Source: Macrostomum lignano (lineage: Eukaryota). From it: 64,000 nucleotides of DNA. The position numbers were made by a program, and so were the translations under genes. The notes under the pieces are model-generated. The model made no database searches. It had not been told where the DNA came from and saw only the letters and a list, made by a program, of their open reading frames with translations. The stretch covers positions 62,001 to 126,000 of the forward strand of contig NIVC01000108.1 in the NCBI GenBank assembly GCA_002269645.1, given 5' to 3'. This document shows positions 49,701 to 62,654 of this stretch, in pieces. How positions within the stretch are numbered: position 1 is the stretch's first letter; every line of letters begins with the position of its first letter.

Positions 49701-50704
49701 CTTTTTAAATTTCACAATGGCAATCTGGCCTGCTTAAGTTTTGTCTCTTCTTAGCTCTCTTCTTTTTCTCTATTCTTCCCTCTCTACTCCTTTCTTCTCA
49801 CTTCCCTCCTTTCCCTTCTCCTTTCTCCCATCCCCTCTCCTCTCTTTTTCTCCCCCTTCTCCCCTCTCCTCTCCCCTCTCCTCTCTCCTCTCCTTTCACA
49901 TCACCTCTATCTTCCTTTTTTCTAGGCTGCAGTTATGTGGTAGATTCTATATCTGGGCCCTGTAGTAATTAGTTAAAAACCAATAATAAACATTGGTATA
50001 CAATGTCTCTTGTTTTAACAACTGTTCTAGCTTGTTTAACTGTGTTTCTATCTAATATTTGTAGATTACACTTATAACTAAGACAAGACAACCGCTAAGA
50101 CAAGATATGCTAATTTAGAAGGCTGAGAAAATGTTTTTGAGAAGCTGATAGTCATTCTATTGAATATTACAGTATTACAAATTTAATTTCATACTTATAA
50201 GCAAATCTTTAGTCTAATGATATCATAGTACCCATTTAAGTCGATACTTTAAGCTAAAGAGTGAGTAGTAGTATATGGAGAGTATTTTTGACAATTTTTA
50301 GATTTTTAGACAGACTAATTATATTCTCAAGAGGCAATCTAGTCTTGATTCACTGATGTATGTATAATAGATTTTTTACTTAGCGAATTATAATTTCCCA
50401 TTTTATGTATTACTCTTCAAATTAATTATTAATCAAATTTATCTCAGTTGGCAAATTTCACAGGTTGCTATTGCATTCCTTACTGCTAAAAGCTTTTGTA
50501 ATACCTGAAATTTCAGTCAGAAGAAAATGAGCTCGACTGTGAACTGTGTGTATTTGTTGTGTTAAAGACAGTTATCATTGTTTAATAAATTTATGCAATA
50601 ATTAAGCAGCAAAAATTAATCTTTGATATGCCATAACTTTTGATTGTTCAGCATTCACAAAATTTTACTTGAATTAGGCTTGAATATAATGACAAGAATG
50701 CGAT

Positions 50705-51070
50705 GAGCTGACACTCAATGAGCTGACATTCAATGAGCTGACATTTGATGAGCTGACACTCAATGAGCTGACATTCAATCAGCTGACATTCAATGAGCTG
50801 ACATTCAATCAGCTGACATTCAATCAGCTGACATTTAATCAGCTGACATTTAATCAGCTGACATTCAATGAGCTGACATTCAATTAGCTGACATTCAATC
50901 AGCTGACATTTAATCAGCTGACATTTAATCAGCTGACATTTAATCAGCTGTCATTCAATCAGCTGACATTCAATCAGCTGACATTCAATCAGCTGTCATT
51001 CAATCAGCTGTCATTCAATCAGCTGTCATTCAATCAGCTGACATTCAATCAGCTGTTATTCGATAAGCTG
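50705..51070. repeat. 20-bp minisatellite (AATCAGCTGACATTC-like) abutting the SLC10 stop codon
   Basis: Tandem copies. Confidence 0.94.
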
Positions 51071-51075
51071 AGCAG

Positions 51076-54000
51076 TCAGAGAGTCGTGACTTTCTGTTTT
51101 TCCGTGGCCACCGCCGCCTTGGCCTCCTCCTTGGCGGCGTCCTCGATGGCCAGCGGCGCGGACACCGCAGTGACGTCCTCGGCCATGCGGGCCAGGCTGC
51201 TCACTATGCTGAACTGCCTGCTCTGCTTCTCCTTGCGCCTGTCGATGAAGCCGGCCAGCCAGCCTTTGACTCGGTGTGCCACCACGTAGATCACAATGGG
51301 CGCCGGGGTGAGGATGGCGGCGGCCAGCGGCAGCACCGTGGCCAGGTCGGCAGTCGGCGGGTCGCAGGCCGAGCGCATGGCCGGGATGGCGATGAGGCTG
51401 GCGGAGGCGGCGGTCTCAGCGGCCATGGCTTTCCGACCGGGCTTGGCCTGCTTGGCCAGGGCGTCCGCCAGGCCGCCGGCGCTGAACGCCGCCCCGATGA
51501 AGGCCAGCACGCAGCAGAGGGCGCGCGCGTCCAGGTGGTCGATGGCGTAGTGATTGATGTAGATGCCCAGCGTCACCAGCAGGATGGCCGCCAGCAGCAG
51601 CAGCGGCCTGCCTGCCCAGTTCAGCGCGGCCTGGGCCAGGCTTGGCCGGCAGGTGGCCAGCAGGGCGCCGATCAGCTGGGCGCCGAGCGGCGGCAGCAGC
51701 CACAGAGCGGCCAGGTGCAGCCGCACCCGGAAGCCGAGCCACCGGGACAGCAGGGCCAGCCAGGCCGGTGACATGCCTTGAATTGCATGACAAGAATTAA
51801 ATTAACATTGAGTACTGACTACTTGTTTGCCTCGGCCTTGTCAGTAGGCATTTCAGCGAACCAGTGTGCAATTCATCATGAATCCGCGGGACTTGGGTGC
51901 TTTTTTATTATGTCAGTTATTGCTGGAGTTCAGCCTGAATGCGCCAGATGCAATATCCTTATGGACCTTCTGGCACACCTGGACAGCCAGGCGCTGCTTA
52001 CTGTGTTTGCCATCATGCGAGGCCAGGAAGCTGGCTGTCAGGCCGTTGCCACCCCCCCGCACAGACTCACCCGGATTGAGCAGCGCGTTCATCAGCGACA
52101 CGGCCGCTGACAGATTCCTGTCCCCCTCCATCAGGTAGACGGTGAGGTGGGCCAGGCCGCCGCCGGGCATTGCCGCTATGGCAACGAGGCCCAGGCCCGT
52201 GTCCTCCTCCAGGCCGAACGCTTTGTACAGGCCGAGCGCCATCTGAATAATTCGAATTGGCAGGTGAAAAAAGTGCTCAAACTTCAGCTTTTGTCGTGCG
52301 TGTTTTTGCAAGGCAAAAACTCCGGATTCGCGCTGCTTGGCTTCCGAATCCGGGCATCTGCCTTGCGCATCCGCTGTCTGAAATCCGCTGAAGTTTGTTG
52401 TTTATATAAAAGTGCAGACAGGCCGTCTGTTGATCCCTTGAATGGGGGGGGGTTTAGGCCGCCGAAGCCCCGGTGAGCGGGACTTCTTTCTTGTGAGAGG
52501 CTTTTTTACTCCTCCGTTCCGACCAGCAAATCTCTGGCGGCAGCTTCTGAACCGGACGGGCGTGCGTGGTGTGCCGGCTTTGAAAATGGGAGACGGTTCT
52601 GGCCAGGCTAATGGATTGGTTTTGGGCGTGACTTTTCCTCTCTCGCTCACTCCTGCCCTCTGGAGTTTGGGCTTGCCAAAATAACCGCCCCGTTCCATTC
52701 CGGATCTCATTGTGCCTCTCAGCTAACCGCAGAGCCTCTCTCAGTGTCTGTCTGATCTTCAGCAGAGCTCCGCATGCCATTTGGCCGCCCATTTGCTAAT
52801 CTGATTCTGCTGCTGCCGTCCCACCCCTCTTCTCGTCCATTAAACCTCAAGTCGGAAACTTCTCATCTCAATCTCGGTCGCTTCGCGATCCCATTGATAA
52901 TCAGGGGATGAAGAGGGGATGCTGAGTCGGTATTGTTCGACTCCTATAAGAACCTGAATTTACAGAAAGTTAAGAGGGCGGCTTGGCTGCCACTTGAGAG
53001 TTCAGCAGTCAGCCTGAGGCGCAGCACCATGAGAGGGGATGCTCAGCTTGCCAGGAATTTCTTTGCTCCCGAGTCCGTCGGGAGATGCGGGACTTCCTTC
53101 CCTGGGCCCCGAAGGAAATCAGCATCGGCCGTGTGTGAAAGCTTTGGGGGGGGGCTGCCGGCCTCGGTGCTCCGTGCTGCTGGATGGCGATCCGGCGGGA
53201 TCCTGACGCTGCAAATCCCCGCCGCACGGAAGAAGGGATTTTGCTGCAACATTTCTGACGGCTCCCTGCTAGCCCCACCGAGCTGGGGGCGCCGTCTGTC
53301 AGATCCCACGCCGAGCTTGGAAACATCTGAGAGTGATGGAGAGAGCTTGGATTACGACTAGGGTTGAGGGCTATTTGTGTGGAGGATCGAGGCGAATCTG
53401 CTTGAGATTTCCTCAATAGGAAGGCCTGATCCGGGTGAACTACAAGGGCTGGGCTGGCGTCCTGCAAACGAGGAGCTCAATGGCTTTGAGGATGAAAAAG
53501 CCCTATCCCGGTCCGTATTGATTTCTGAGCTGCCTGCGCTGAACCTTTGGTCTGCCGAGTCCCAGACTCGGGGTGCCCGGCAATAGGAGTCCCCGCCCCC
53601 TGGGCTAATTTCTTAATCCCACTCTGTTCGCTCAGTGCAGTGTGCTCAGTTTGACTCTATTTTCAATGCTGGAAATCCGAAAGAGGCTTTGAGTCTCCCG
53701 GCCTCATCGTGGGCCTATTCTCCTCAGTTAAGTCATTTTCTCCATCGCTACGAGGCGCAGTCTCCTCCCCCCCTGGCCGCTCACTCGATCACTTCCCTCC
53801 GTTCGCTACTTCATCCCGGACTCGCCTCCGCCCCAGCGATTCGCCGTGCCATTAGCGCCGCTCTAGGGGGTGGCTAATTAGATTTCCTGGCGCCGAAGCC
53901 CGCCTGCATGTCGCGAGACTGCCAGTCCCAGCCTGTCCACCCTCAATGGATGGCGCCCCGATAAAGAAGCAGGACACTTCTTTAATTCATCTCTGCCCAT

Positions 54001-55685
54001 TCAAACCCCGGTGCCTGCAATAACAGTGCTATCTGCTGCTACTCCAGTGCGCAGAGGATACTCACTAAAGTACTTGAAGAATTCGAGAGCGAGCAAACAC
54101 TTGTCTGCCCCGGACACTTGGCTCTGCATCCATTATCAAAAAATGAGTTCATACTTCTAAACCAGTTGGTTACTTCTGCTGAAGTTTACATTGTGCCCTA
54201 AATTTAGTCTCAATTACTATAGATAGTAGTCTTTTGAGGCCATAGCTGGTAGAAGGAATATAAAACATTTTTGATTCCAGCTCAGCCAGAGCTGCTGGGG
54301 CCTGTGAGAACTGGCTGTCAAACAATGGGCATCGCTGATTCCAGCTCAGCCAAAGCTGCTGGGGCCTGTGAGAACTGGCTGTCAAACAATGGGCATCGCT
54401 GATTCCAGCTCAGCCAGAGCTGCTGGGGCCTGTGAGAACTGACTGTCAAACAATGGGCATCGCTGATTCCAGCTCAGCCAGAGATGCAAGGGCCTGTGAG
54501 AACTGACTGTCAAACAATGGGCATCGCTGATTCCAGCTCAGCCAGAGATGCAAGGGCCTGTGAGAACTGGCTGTCAAACAATGGTCATCGCTGATTCCAG
54601 CTCAGCCAGAGATGCAAGGGCCTGTGAGAACTGGCTGTCAAACAATGGTCATCGCTGATTCCAGCTCAGCCAGAGATGCAAGGGCCTGTGAGAACTGGCT
54701 GTCAAACAATGGTCATCGCTGATTCCAGCTCAGCCAGAGATGCAAGGGCCTGTGAGAACTGACTGTCAAACAATGGGCATCGCTGATTCCAGCTCAGCCA
54801 GAGATGCAAGGGCCTGTGAGAACTGACTGTCAAACAATGGGCATCGCTGATTCCAGCTCAGCCAGAGATGCAAGGGCCTGTGAGAACTGATTGTCAAACA
54901 ATGGGCATCGCTGATTCCAGCTCAGCCAGAGATGCAAGGGCCTGTGAGATAAGCAGTGATGAATGCCAAGCAGTACGCACCGGCGGCAGCAGGAGGTGCT
55001 GAACCAGCAGGCAGCTGACGAGGCCCAGAGGGCTGGCAAAGTACGGCCGGACCTGCCTCAGGTCGGTCATGCAGCCCATGCACAGGGCCAGGGTGCAGGC
55101 CACCAGGCCGACCGCCCAATTGAATGCCGCGTCGATCAGCCGAGGCTTCCGCACCGTCACCACCGGCACGTGGCGCTGCGCCACCTCGGTCATCGAGTGC
55201 CGCCCCCCGTCCAGGACGATTTCTTCATCGGCAACCGGGCTGGCAAAGCCCTCGGCCGCGCCGCTGGCATTCCAGGCCAGCAGTCGGAGCAGCGCAGAGG
55301 TTCGGCCCACGTTGTTAGCCTCAATGTAGATTGGCGAGCCGTAGGCCAGGTCCTTGGCTGTGCACAGGTCGCCGCCGAACTCGCCGCCGCAGTTCCGCTT
55401 CGGCGTCGGGTGCTGCTGGCGCTCGCGCCGTCCGCTGGCGGTTATGGCCACGAGCTGCGCATTGGCCACCAGGGTGCGCGTGCCCAGGCTGAAGCCGCGC
55501 CGGATCAGCTCCGCGCAGCAGGTGCAGTTCAGGTGCAGTCGCTGGTAGCGGCCAACCGTGAGGCCGCTCACCGATGCAGGACTGATGCTCAGTTCGCAGG
55601 TGTCGCCAGACTCTGTGCCGATTGCAGTTGTTGTCCATTGCAAACAGCAGAGGCACAGCAGCCTCAGCAGCAGAGTGGCTTGCAT
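51076..55685 (-). CDS. SLC10 / bile acid:sodium symporter family protein with a signal peptide and long extracellular N-terminus (SLC10A3/A5-like architecture); exons 55685-54981, 52242-52071, 51776-51076 (525 aa)
   Basis: VRKPRLID..LCMGC..PLGLVSCLLVQHLLLP|..MPGGGLAH..EGDRNLS..|GMSPAW..RKAMAAET; multiple TM segments; 1578 nt in frame. Confidence 0.85.
54275..54950. repeat. 64-bp intronic minisatellite
   Basis: (GATTCCAGCTCAGCCAGAGATGCAAGGGCCTGTGAGAACTGRCTGTCAAACAATGGGCATCGCT)n in SLC10 intron 1. Confidence 0.96.
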
Positions 55686-57178
55686 GGCCGACTGGATTTT
55701 CCAATCTGGTGATTTTGTCAAAATGGGACAAATTTGTCTCTGTTGAAGTTGCGTTCAGAAAGTTCCGGAACTGACCTGCTTTCTTTGAGCTTTGCTTCAG
55801 GCTCTCCGGCTGCAGGCGTTTTCTTGGGCTAAAATTCACGGTAGGAGGACTCTTTCGGCTGGCAGGACGGCTGCCCCGATTTTTCCCACACTTGCACGCC
55901 GGGCAAGCCCTCGGTGTTCAGTTTTCTTTCTTCTCCTAGGCCGCTCTCCATCAATCCTCCAGCCTCCTCCTGCTATTGGAGGCGGTCGGATTTCCCCAGC
56001 GCCCAGTCACTGTCTGGCTGTACGGCCCGCCTCCCCTCACCGAGGCTCCTCAGTCCGACTGCGCTGCGGAATATCCTGCGTCTGTGCGTCTGCCTGACAT
56101 CATAAACAAGCCTGTCCAAGATTTTCATTCGGCAAATAGCAGATTAGCTTCTGCAGAAACTGTGCAAGCCTGTGCCCAGCATTGGCACATCCATCTTCTT
56201 CGACCATCTTCCTGTGTCTGAGACCGGCAAACAGTCCAATTTCCTTGGCTAAGGAATGCTGCGACACAAGATTAAACAGACACAACCACTGCTAGTGCCG
56301 GTCTCCGGGGCCAGGCAGAGCGAGCGCAGGGCCTTGAGGGAAATGCAAAGACTCTTTTTCTTCTTTCATTCCTTTGAGCAGTCGGAAATTTTCAGGCTCT
56401 TTCTCGATTCAACCCGCCTAAAGTCGCCCTGGCCCGCGTCTTCCTCTGTCTAATCTCTCGCTTCTCTGTTCCCACTGGGTCTCTCCGTGTTCCCGGGCTT
56501 GCTAAAAGGAACTTCAGGGCAGAGGAGACGCTGGCAGGCGAGTCGTGTCTCTGGTTCGATTTCGATCTGCCGGGTGTCCAGCAATTAGGCCCTCACTTCA
56601 CCATTCCGCAATCTTCAACTCTGAATAATAAAGCGGCCTCATTAAAATAGATCGAAAAGGGACGGCTCAGGGAGGCCTCGTGCTCCCCCCCCCCGGCATC
56701 CCAGCGGCGGTGACAGCCGGCCCTCTGCTGATAAGTGCGCGTCTATTTCGGGCGTGTCAGCGTCGCAACAGGCGGAGCGCCGCTCTGTCTGAGCGCGTGA
56801 ATTTGCATGCAACCCGCGCTCACGCCCGAGATCGCGCTAATCACATTCGGCAGCTTCCATCCCTCTGTCTCTTTCTTTCCCTACCCGCTCCGCTTTACTT
56901 CAAGGGAAAGATGGGGAGTCGAGAAGCAAGGGAAGGCGCATCGGCACAGCGGGGCTGTAAACTGTCGGATTAGGGCTGCCGATCCCGCTGCGGCAACAGC
57001 GCGGGGTGCGGAGTCAAAGAGAATGCGCCTCCTCTGGCTCGCACCCTCCCCCAGCCCCCCTTGCATGTCGATGAGAGCTCAGCGAGTCGCGCCGACTTCG
57101 TGGGTACAAAAAGTGGAATAAATGGAGACGTGGGGGGGAGTGAGAAACACGAGAGAAGGCGGCAGTGCAGCTACAGTC

Positions 57179-60100
57179 ATGGAACGCCTCTACCTTGTAG
57201 TGATGCGCCTGACCCGGCCCTCCTTTGTCACTGAGACGCCGCTGGTGACTTTCGACCCGCGCGACCTGTTCGCCCAGTCGGCTCCGGCGCTGTCCCCGCA
57301 GAAGTGCGCCGCCAATCAGCGCGACATCGCCGAGGGCGCCGGCCACCAGAAGATCAACCTGACCGACATGCTGAGCCTGCCGCAGAACTTTGGCAACATC
57401 TACCTGGGCGAGACTTTCTCAGCCTACGTGTCCGTGCACAACGACTGCAACTTCCTCTGCCGGGACATCATCGTTAAGGCTGACCTGCAGACCAACTCCA
57501 GCAAGGTGGCCATGACGGCCGGCAGTGCCGAGCCCGTCTCCGAGCTGCCGCCCGACCGCTCCATTGACGAGGTGCTGACCCACGAGGTCAAGGAGCTGGG
57601 GCCGCACATCCTGGTCTGCACCGTGTCCTACACTTCGCACTCGTCTGAGAAGCTCTACTTCAAGAAGTACTTCAAGTTTCAGGTTGGCCTCTGCCTTATT
57701 CTGCCCCGGGTATTGCTCACTCAGCTCGCATGGGGGGGAGGCCAGCAGTCATGCCCGTTCTCTTGAGCTTCTCTGAGGTGCCATCTGCTTTATTAGTGAG
57801 TAATTTCAGGTATTTAAATTAATTTTACAGGTGCAGCGGCCTCTGGACGTTAAGACAGACTTTCGCACCACGGAGAATGACGAGGTTTTTCTTGAGGCCA
57901 AAATTCAGAACATCACCTCCGGGCCGATCTTCTTGGAGCGCGTCTTCCTGGAGCCGTCGCCCAACTTCCAGCTGCTCGACACGCCTTCTACCGACAGAGA
58001 GGAGTGAGTGGCGTGGGTGACTGGGGAGTGACTGGCGTGGGTGACTTAGGAGTAAGTGGCGTGGGTGACTGGGGAGTGAGTGGCGTGGGTGACTGGGGAG
58101 TGGCGTGGGTGACTGGAGAGTGACTGGCGTGGGTGACTTGGGAGTGAGTGGCGTGGGTGACTTGGGAGTGAGTGGCGTGGGTGACTGGGGAGTGGCGTGG
58201 GTGACTTGGGAGTGAGTGGCGTGGGTGACTGGGGAGTGGCGTGGGTGACTGGAGAGTGAGTGGCGTGGGTGACTGGGGAGTGACTGGCGTGGGTGACTGG
58301 GGAGTGACTGGCGTGGGTGACTTGGGAGTAAGTGGCGTGGGTGACTTGGGAGTGAGTGGCGTGGGTGACTGGGGAGTGGCGTGGGTGACTGGGGAGTGGC
58401 GTGGGTGACTGAGGAGTGGCGTGGGTGACTGGAGAGTGAGTGGCGTGGGTGACTGGGGAGTGACTGGCGTGGGTGACTGGGGAGTGACTGGCGTGGGTGA
58501 CTTGGGAGTAAGTGGCGTGGGTGACTTGGGAGTGAGTGGCGTGGGTGACTGGGGAGTGGCGTGGGTGACTGGGGAGTGGCGTGGGTGACTGGGGAGTGGC
58601 GTGGGTGACTGGGGAGTGGCGTGGGTGACTGGGGAGTGGCGTGGGTGACTGGGGAGTGGCGTGGGTGACTGGGGAGTGGCGTGGGTGACTGGGGAGTGGC
58701 GTGGGTGACTGGGAGTGGCGTGGGTGACTGGGGAGTGAGTGGCGTGGGTGACTAAGAAGTGAGTAGCGAGCATCGTGTATGCTGGAGATGAAGTCTCAAA
58801 CGCTTCCATTCATCCCCTCGTCTCCCCTCCGCCAGCGACAGCGGAGTCCGGGTGCCCGAGTGCCTGCGGGAGCAGGAGACCCGCCAGTTCCTGTACCGCC
58901 TCCGCCCCGCCGCTTCTGGCGACACGCAGCCGCAGCAACCGTCAGTTGGCGGCGCCTCCGTGACGGTGGGCAAGCTGGACATCACGTGGCGCAGCCAGAT
59001 GGGGCAGCGGGCCGACTGCAGACCAGCCCTCTGTGCACTGCCGTGAGTTCCTCTGTCTGCTCATCTCATCTGGCTGGCTGCTGGCTGCGTGGCATTTGAG
59101 TTCAATGTAGCTGTAGTGCTGGCTCTGGTTGCTGGCCTCGTCTGGAGTAAGATTTTAGTAGTTAGGGATTGGGAGTTTAGTAGTTCGGGATTGGGAGTTT
59201 AGTAGTTTGGGATTGGGAGTTTAGTAGTTTGGGATTGGGAGTTTAGTAATTTGGGATTGGGAGTTTAGTAGTTTGGGATTGGGAGTTTAGTAGTTTGGGA
59301 TTGGGAGTTTAGTAGTTTGGGATTGGGAGTTTAGTAGTTTGGGATTGGGAGTTTAGTAATTTGGGATTGGGAGTTTAGTAGTTTGGGATTGGGAGTTTAG
59401 TAGTTTGGGATTGGGAGTTTAGTAGTTTAAGATTGGGAGTTTAGTTGTCTGTGATTAGCATTTAGTACACGTAGTTTTGGAGTTGGTTTTTCGTAGTTTA
59501 GAGATTTTTATATCATTGTTACTTTGTTTATTTACTAGCAAATAAACTGGCAATTGTTAAGTAGAAGTCCACCCGAGTACTGCATAAAACTGACTCAGCG
59601 CAGTCAGCGCCGCAAGTTCCACATTGTTCAATGCAATCCGCACGCTACGCCCCCACTTTGCATACCCGAACCTGCAGGCATTCGTGAGTCTGTTGCGAGA
59701 TATTTCACATGCTTATTGCTTTTTCTTGATGTGCTGTGGTGTCCTGCTTGCAGTCGTCAACTGGGATTTTTGCCAATTTTTATCACCAGAATCGCGGGAG
59801 CAGAGACCGCCCAATGCCTGTCATTTTCGCTCTTCATTTTAGGCCGACACAAGCAAATTGGTCTGCCCTTGCTTTGACAGCGGATTCTGTTCCTCATTTT
59901 TAATTTTCTGATTTCTCACTCGCTCTTCTTCATTCACTTTTTTCATTTTTTTCTTTACGGGCAAAGCCCGGTCTGACAGGGTTTTTTCTGTCGCCGTTTA
60001 ATAAAATTGTGCGACCGCCGTTTACTCTACTGACAGTAGGCTGGTCGCGAAACTTGCCTCGATTTTATTGCTCTTTTTCTGCTGATTCGGCCGGTGTCGG

Positions 60101-61574
60101 TGGGTTCGGCTTTGCCTTCTTGCCTCTTTGTTCAGCGTTCTTTCCAGTCACAGTCGGTTCTCAAACCTCACTGCTCAGGCTGCCTTAATTGTCTCTGTCT
60201 GTGTTTTGCCACCTGTCACTCCAACTCGCTGGATCTGTCACCTACTCATGTCGTGTGCTTCCTCTGTAGAAACTCTCTATCTATATTTCTTATAGCACTC
60301 TTCAGATTGTCTTCTTTCAAAAGCAGCAGCATATTTTTATTGCCTTATTTTTGCTCTATTTTGCAACATTTAACAGCTGCCCCCGGCCGAGGACATCCGC
60401 GTGACGGTTGAGGAGGCGCCCGCGGTGGTCCGCCTCGACTCCTTGTTCCGTATCGTCTGTCGCGTCACCAACAACAGGTTCGTTTTGGTTCGCCTCATCG
60501 ACCTCCTCTCTCTCCGACCTCTGCCTCCCCGACCTCTCCCTCACCGACCTCCGCCTTCCCGACCTCTGCCTCCCCGACCTCTGCCTCCCCGACCTCTGCC
60601 TTCCCGACCTCTGCCTCCCCGACCTCTGCCTCCCCGACCTCTGCCTCCCCGACCTCTGCCTCCCCGACCTATGTCTCACCGACCTCTGCCTCACCGACCT
60701 CCGCCTCTTCGACTTCCCCGACCTCCGCCTCACGGACCTCTGCCTCCCCGACCTCCGCCTCCCCGACCTCCGCCTCCCCGACCTCTGCCTCACCAACCTC
60801 CGCCTCCCCGACCTCCGCCTCACCGACCTCTGCCTCACCGACCTCTGCCTCACCAACCTCCGCCTCCCCTACCTCTGTTTTACCGACCTCCGTCTCTTCG
60901 ACTTCCCCGACCTCCGCCTCACGGACCTCCGCCTCACCGACCTCCGCCTCACCGACCTCTGCCTCACCAACCTCCGCCTCCCCGACCTCCGCCTCACCGA
61001 CCTCTGCCTCACCGACCTCTGCCTCACCAACCTCCGCCTCCCCTACCTCTGTCTTACCGACCTCCGCCTCTTCGACCTCTACCTCACCGACCCTGACTCA
61101 CCGACCCTCTCTCACCGACCTCTGCCTCACCGACCCTGTCTCACCGACCTCTGCCTCACCGACCCTGTCTCACCGACCCTGTCTCACCGACCTCTGCCTC
61201 ACCGACCCTGTCTCACCGACCCTGTCTCACCGACCTCTGCCTCACCGACCCTGTCTCACCGACCTCTGCCTCACCGACCTCTGCCTCACCGACCTCTGCC
61301 TCCCCGCCATTGCAGCACCCGGTCGGTGAACCTTCGCCTGAGCACCAGCAGCCGGCAGCAGTCGCTGGAGCAGTCTCAGGCTGCCATGCAGTTCTGCGGC
61401 AAGGTGGCCCGCAGCCTACAAGAGCTGCGCTGCGGCGAGAGCGCCAGCCTGAGCCTGGAGCTGCTGCCCCTGGTGCCGGGCCTGCAGTCGGTGAGCGGCC
61501 TGGTTCTCACCGACACGCTGCTCAACAGGTCCTACGAGTTTGATGAGCTGACCCAGGTGCTGGTGCATCCGTGA
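57179..61574 (+). CDS. TRAPPC13: Trafficking protein particle complex subunit 13; exons 57179-57682, 57831-58003, 58836-59042, 60377-60477, 61316-61574; apparent 1-nt deletion near 59008-59011
   Basis: VMRLTRP, LPQNFGNIYLGETFS, VKADLQT, HEVKELGPHILVC, FKKYFKFQV, DEVFLEAKIQN, TRQFLY, GKLDITWR, GLQSVSGLVLTDT all match TRAPPC13. Exon sum is 1244 nt, one base short of an intact frame. Confidence 0.92.
58004..58755. repeat. 19-23-bp intronic minisatellite (GGCGTGGGTGACTGGGGAGT[GAGT])n
   Basis: TRAPPC13 intron 2; starts at the donor. Confidence 0.96.
59155..59445. repeat. 22-bp intronic minisatellite (GGGATTGGGAGTTTAGTAGTTT)n
   Basis: TRAPPC13 intron 3. Confidence 0.95.
60510..61305. repeat. 15-bp intronic minisatellite (CCGACCTCTGCCTCM)n
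   Basis: TRAPPC13 intron 4; explains the PDLCL / Pro-rich pseudo-ORFs. Confidence 0.95.
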
Positions 61575-61829
61575 GCATTGCGTCATGGCATCAGACTTGA
61601 AGCGACTCTGCACCCGCCTGTCTTTCATTAGGCTTCTGGGCAAAGCTAGTTTTCTATTAGTCTACCGACTTGCTTGTTTACCTCTAAATCATTTCTCTTT
61701 ACCATATTTGCATGTGCACGAGGGCTCAATGTTTGAAGGGTGGCCGCGTTATAAAATCGCTTAAGTTTGTGTCATAAGAATTGCCATATAATAATCCTAA
61801 GGGTATTCCCACAAAATTCCCCAATGTAC

Positions 61830-62262
61830 ATGCTTAAGATTCCCCAGTGTACACACAAAGGAATTTCACAGTGTACACACTGAGATTCCTCAGTGTACAC
61901 ACAAGAGATTCCCCAGTGTACACACAAGAGATTCCTCAGTATACGCACTGAGATTCCCCCGTGTACATGCATGGATTCCCCAGTGTACACGCATGAGATT
62001 CCCCAATGTACACACTGAGATTCCCCAGTGTACACACAAGAGAGTCCCCAGTGTACACGCATGAGATTCTCCAGTATACACGCATGGGATTCCCCAGTGT
62101 ACATACATGGGATTCCCCAGTGTACACGCGTGGGTTCCCCAGTGTACACGCATGGGATTCCCAAGTATACACGCATGGGATTCCCCAGTGTACACGCATG
62201 GGATTCCCAAGTGTACACGCATGGGATTCCCAAGTGTACACGCATGGGATTCCCCAGTGTAC
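61830..62262. repeat. About 22-23-bp minisatellite (GATTCCCCAGTGTACACGCATGG-like)
   Basis: Tandem copies downstream of TRAPPC13. Confidence 0.92.
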
Positions 62263-62654
62263 GCGCAAGCAACTGCTTGAGATTACTACTGTTGAATAAT
62301 TGCTAAGAGAGTTATTAACTCAATGCTATTAAATACCTGATTTACTCTCTGTTAATTGTGACTTGTTTAAATTTCTGCGTATATCTTTGTCTGTTGTCTG
62401 TTTTCTTAGCCATAATATTACTAGTAACCATAGCTCGTATATTAGCTGCTTCTTAAATAAAAGAGTACTCTATGAATTAAAAATTTCCACTGCATTCTGC
62501 TTTTCTGTGTATTGCAGCAATTTTTATCAACTTTCTTTTCTTCGTCGATATTTTAACTGCATGCGTGGGCAGAGGGAACAGGGTAGCCCGGTGATGTGGG
62601 AAATTTTTAACCAAATATCGGAGATTGACCCAGTCAGTGGGTCACTTCATAAAC

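Noticed and set aside
49640-49965. hAT/Charlie-like terminus (GGTTGGCAAACTCTGGCCTGTGGGC) and a CT-rich ORF
   Set aside because: The resemblance is too degraded to define an element, and the ORF is low-complexity.
52400-53900. Nested gene in the GC-rich part of SLC10 intron 1
   Set aside because: Overlapping ORFs show no codon bias, domain or convincing splice pattern.
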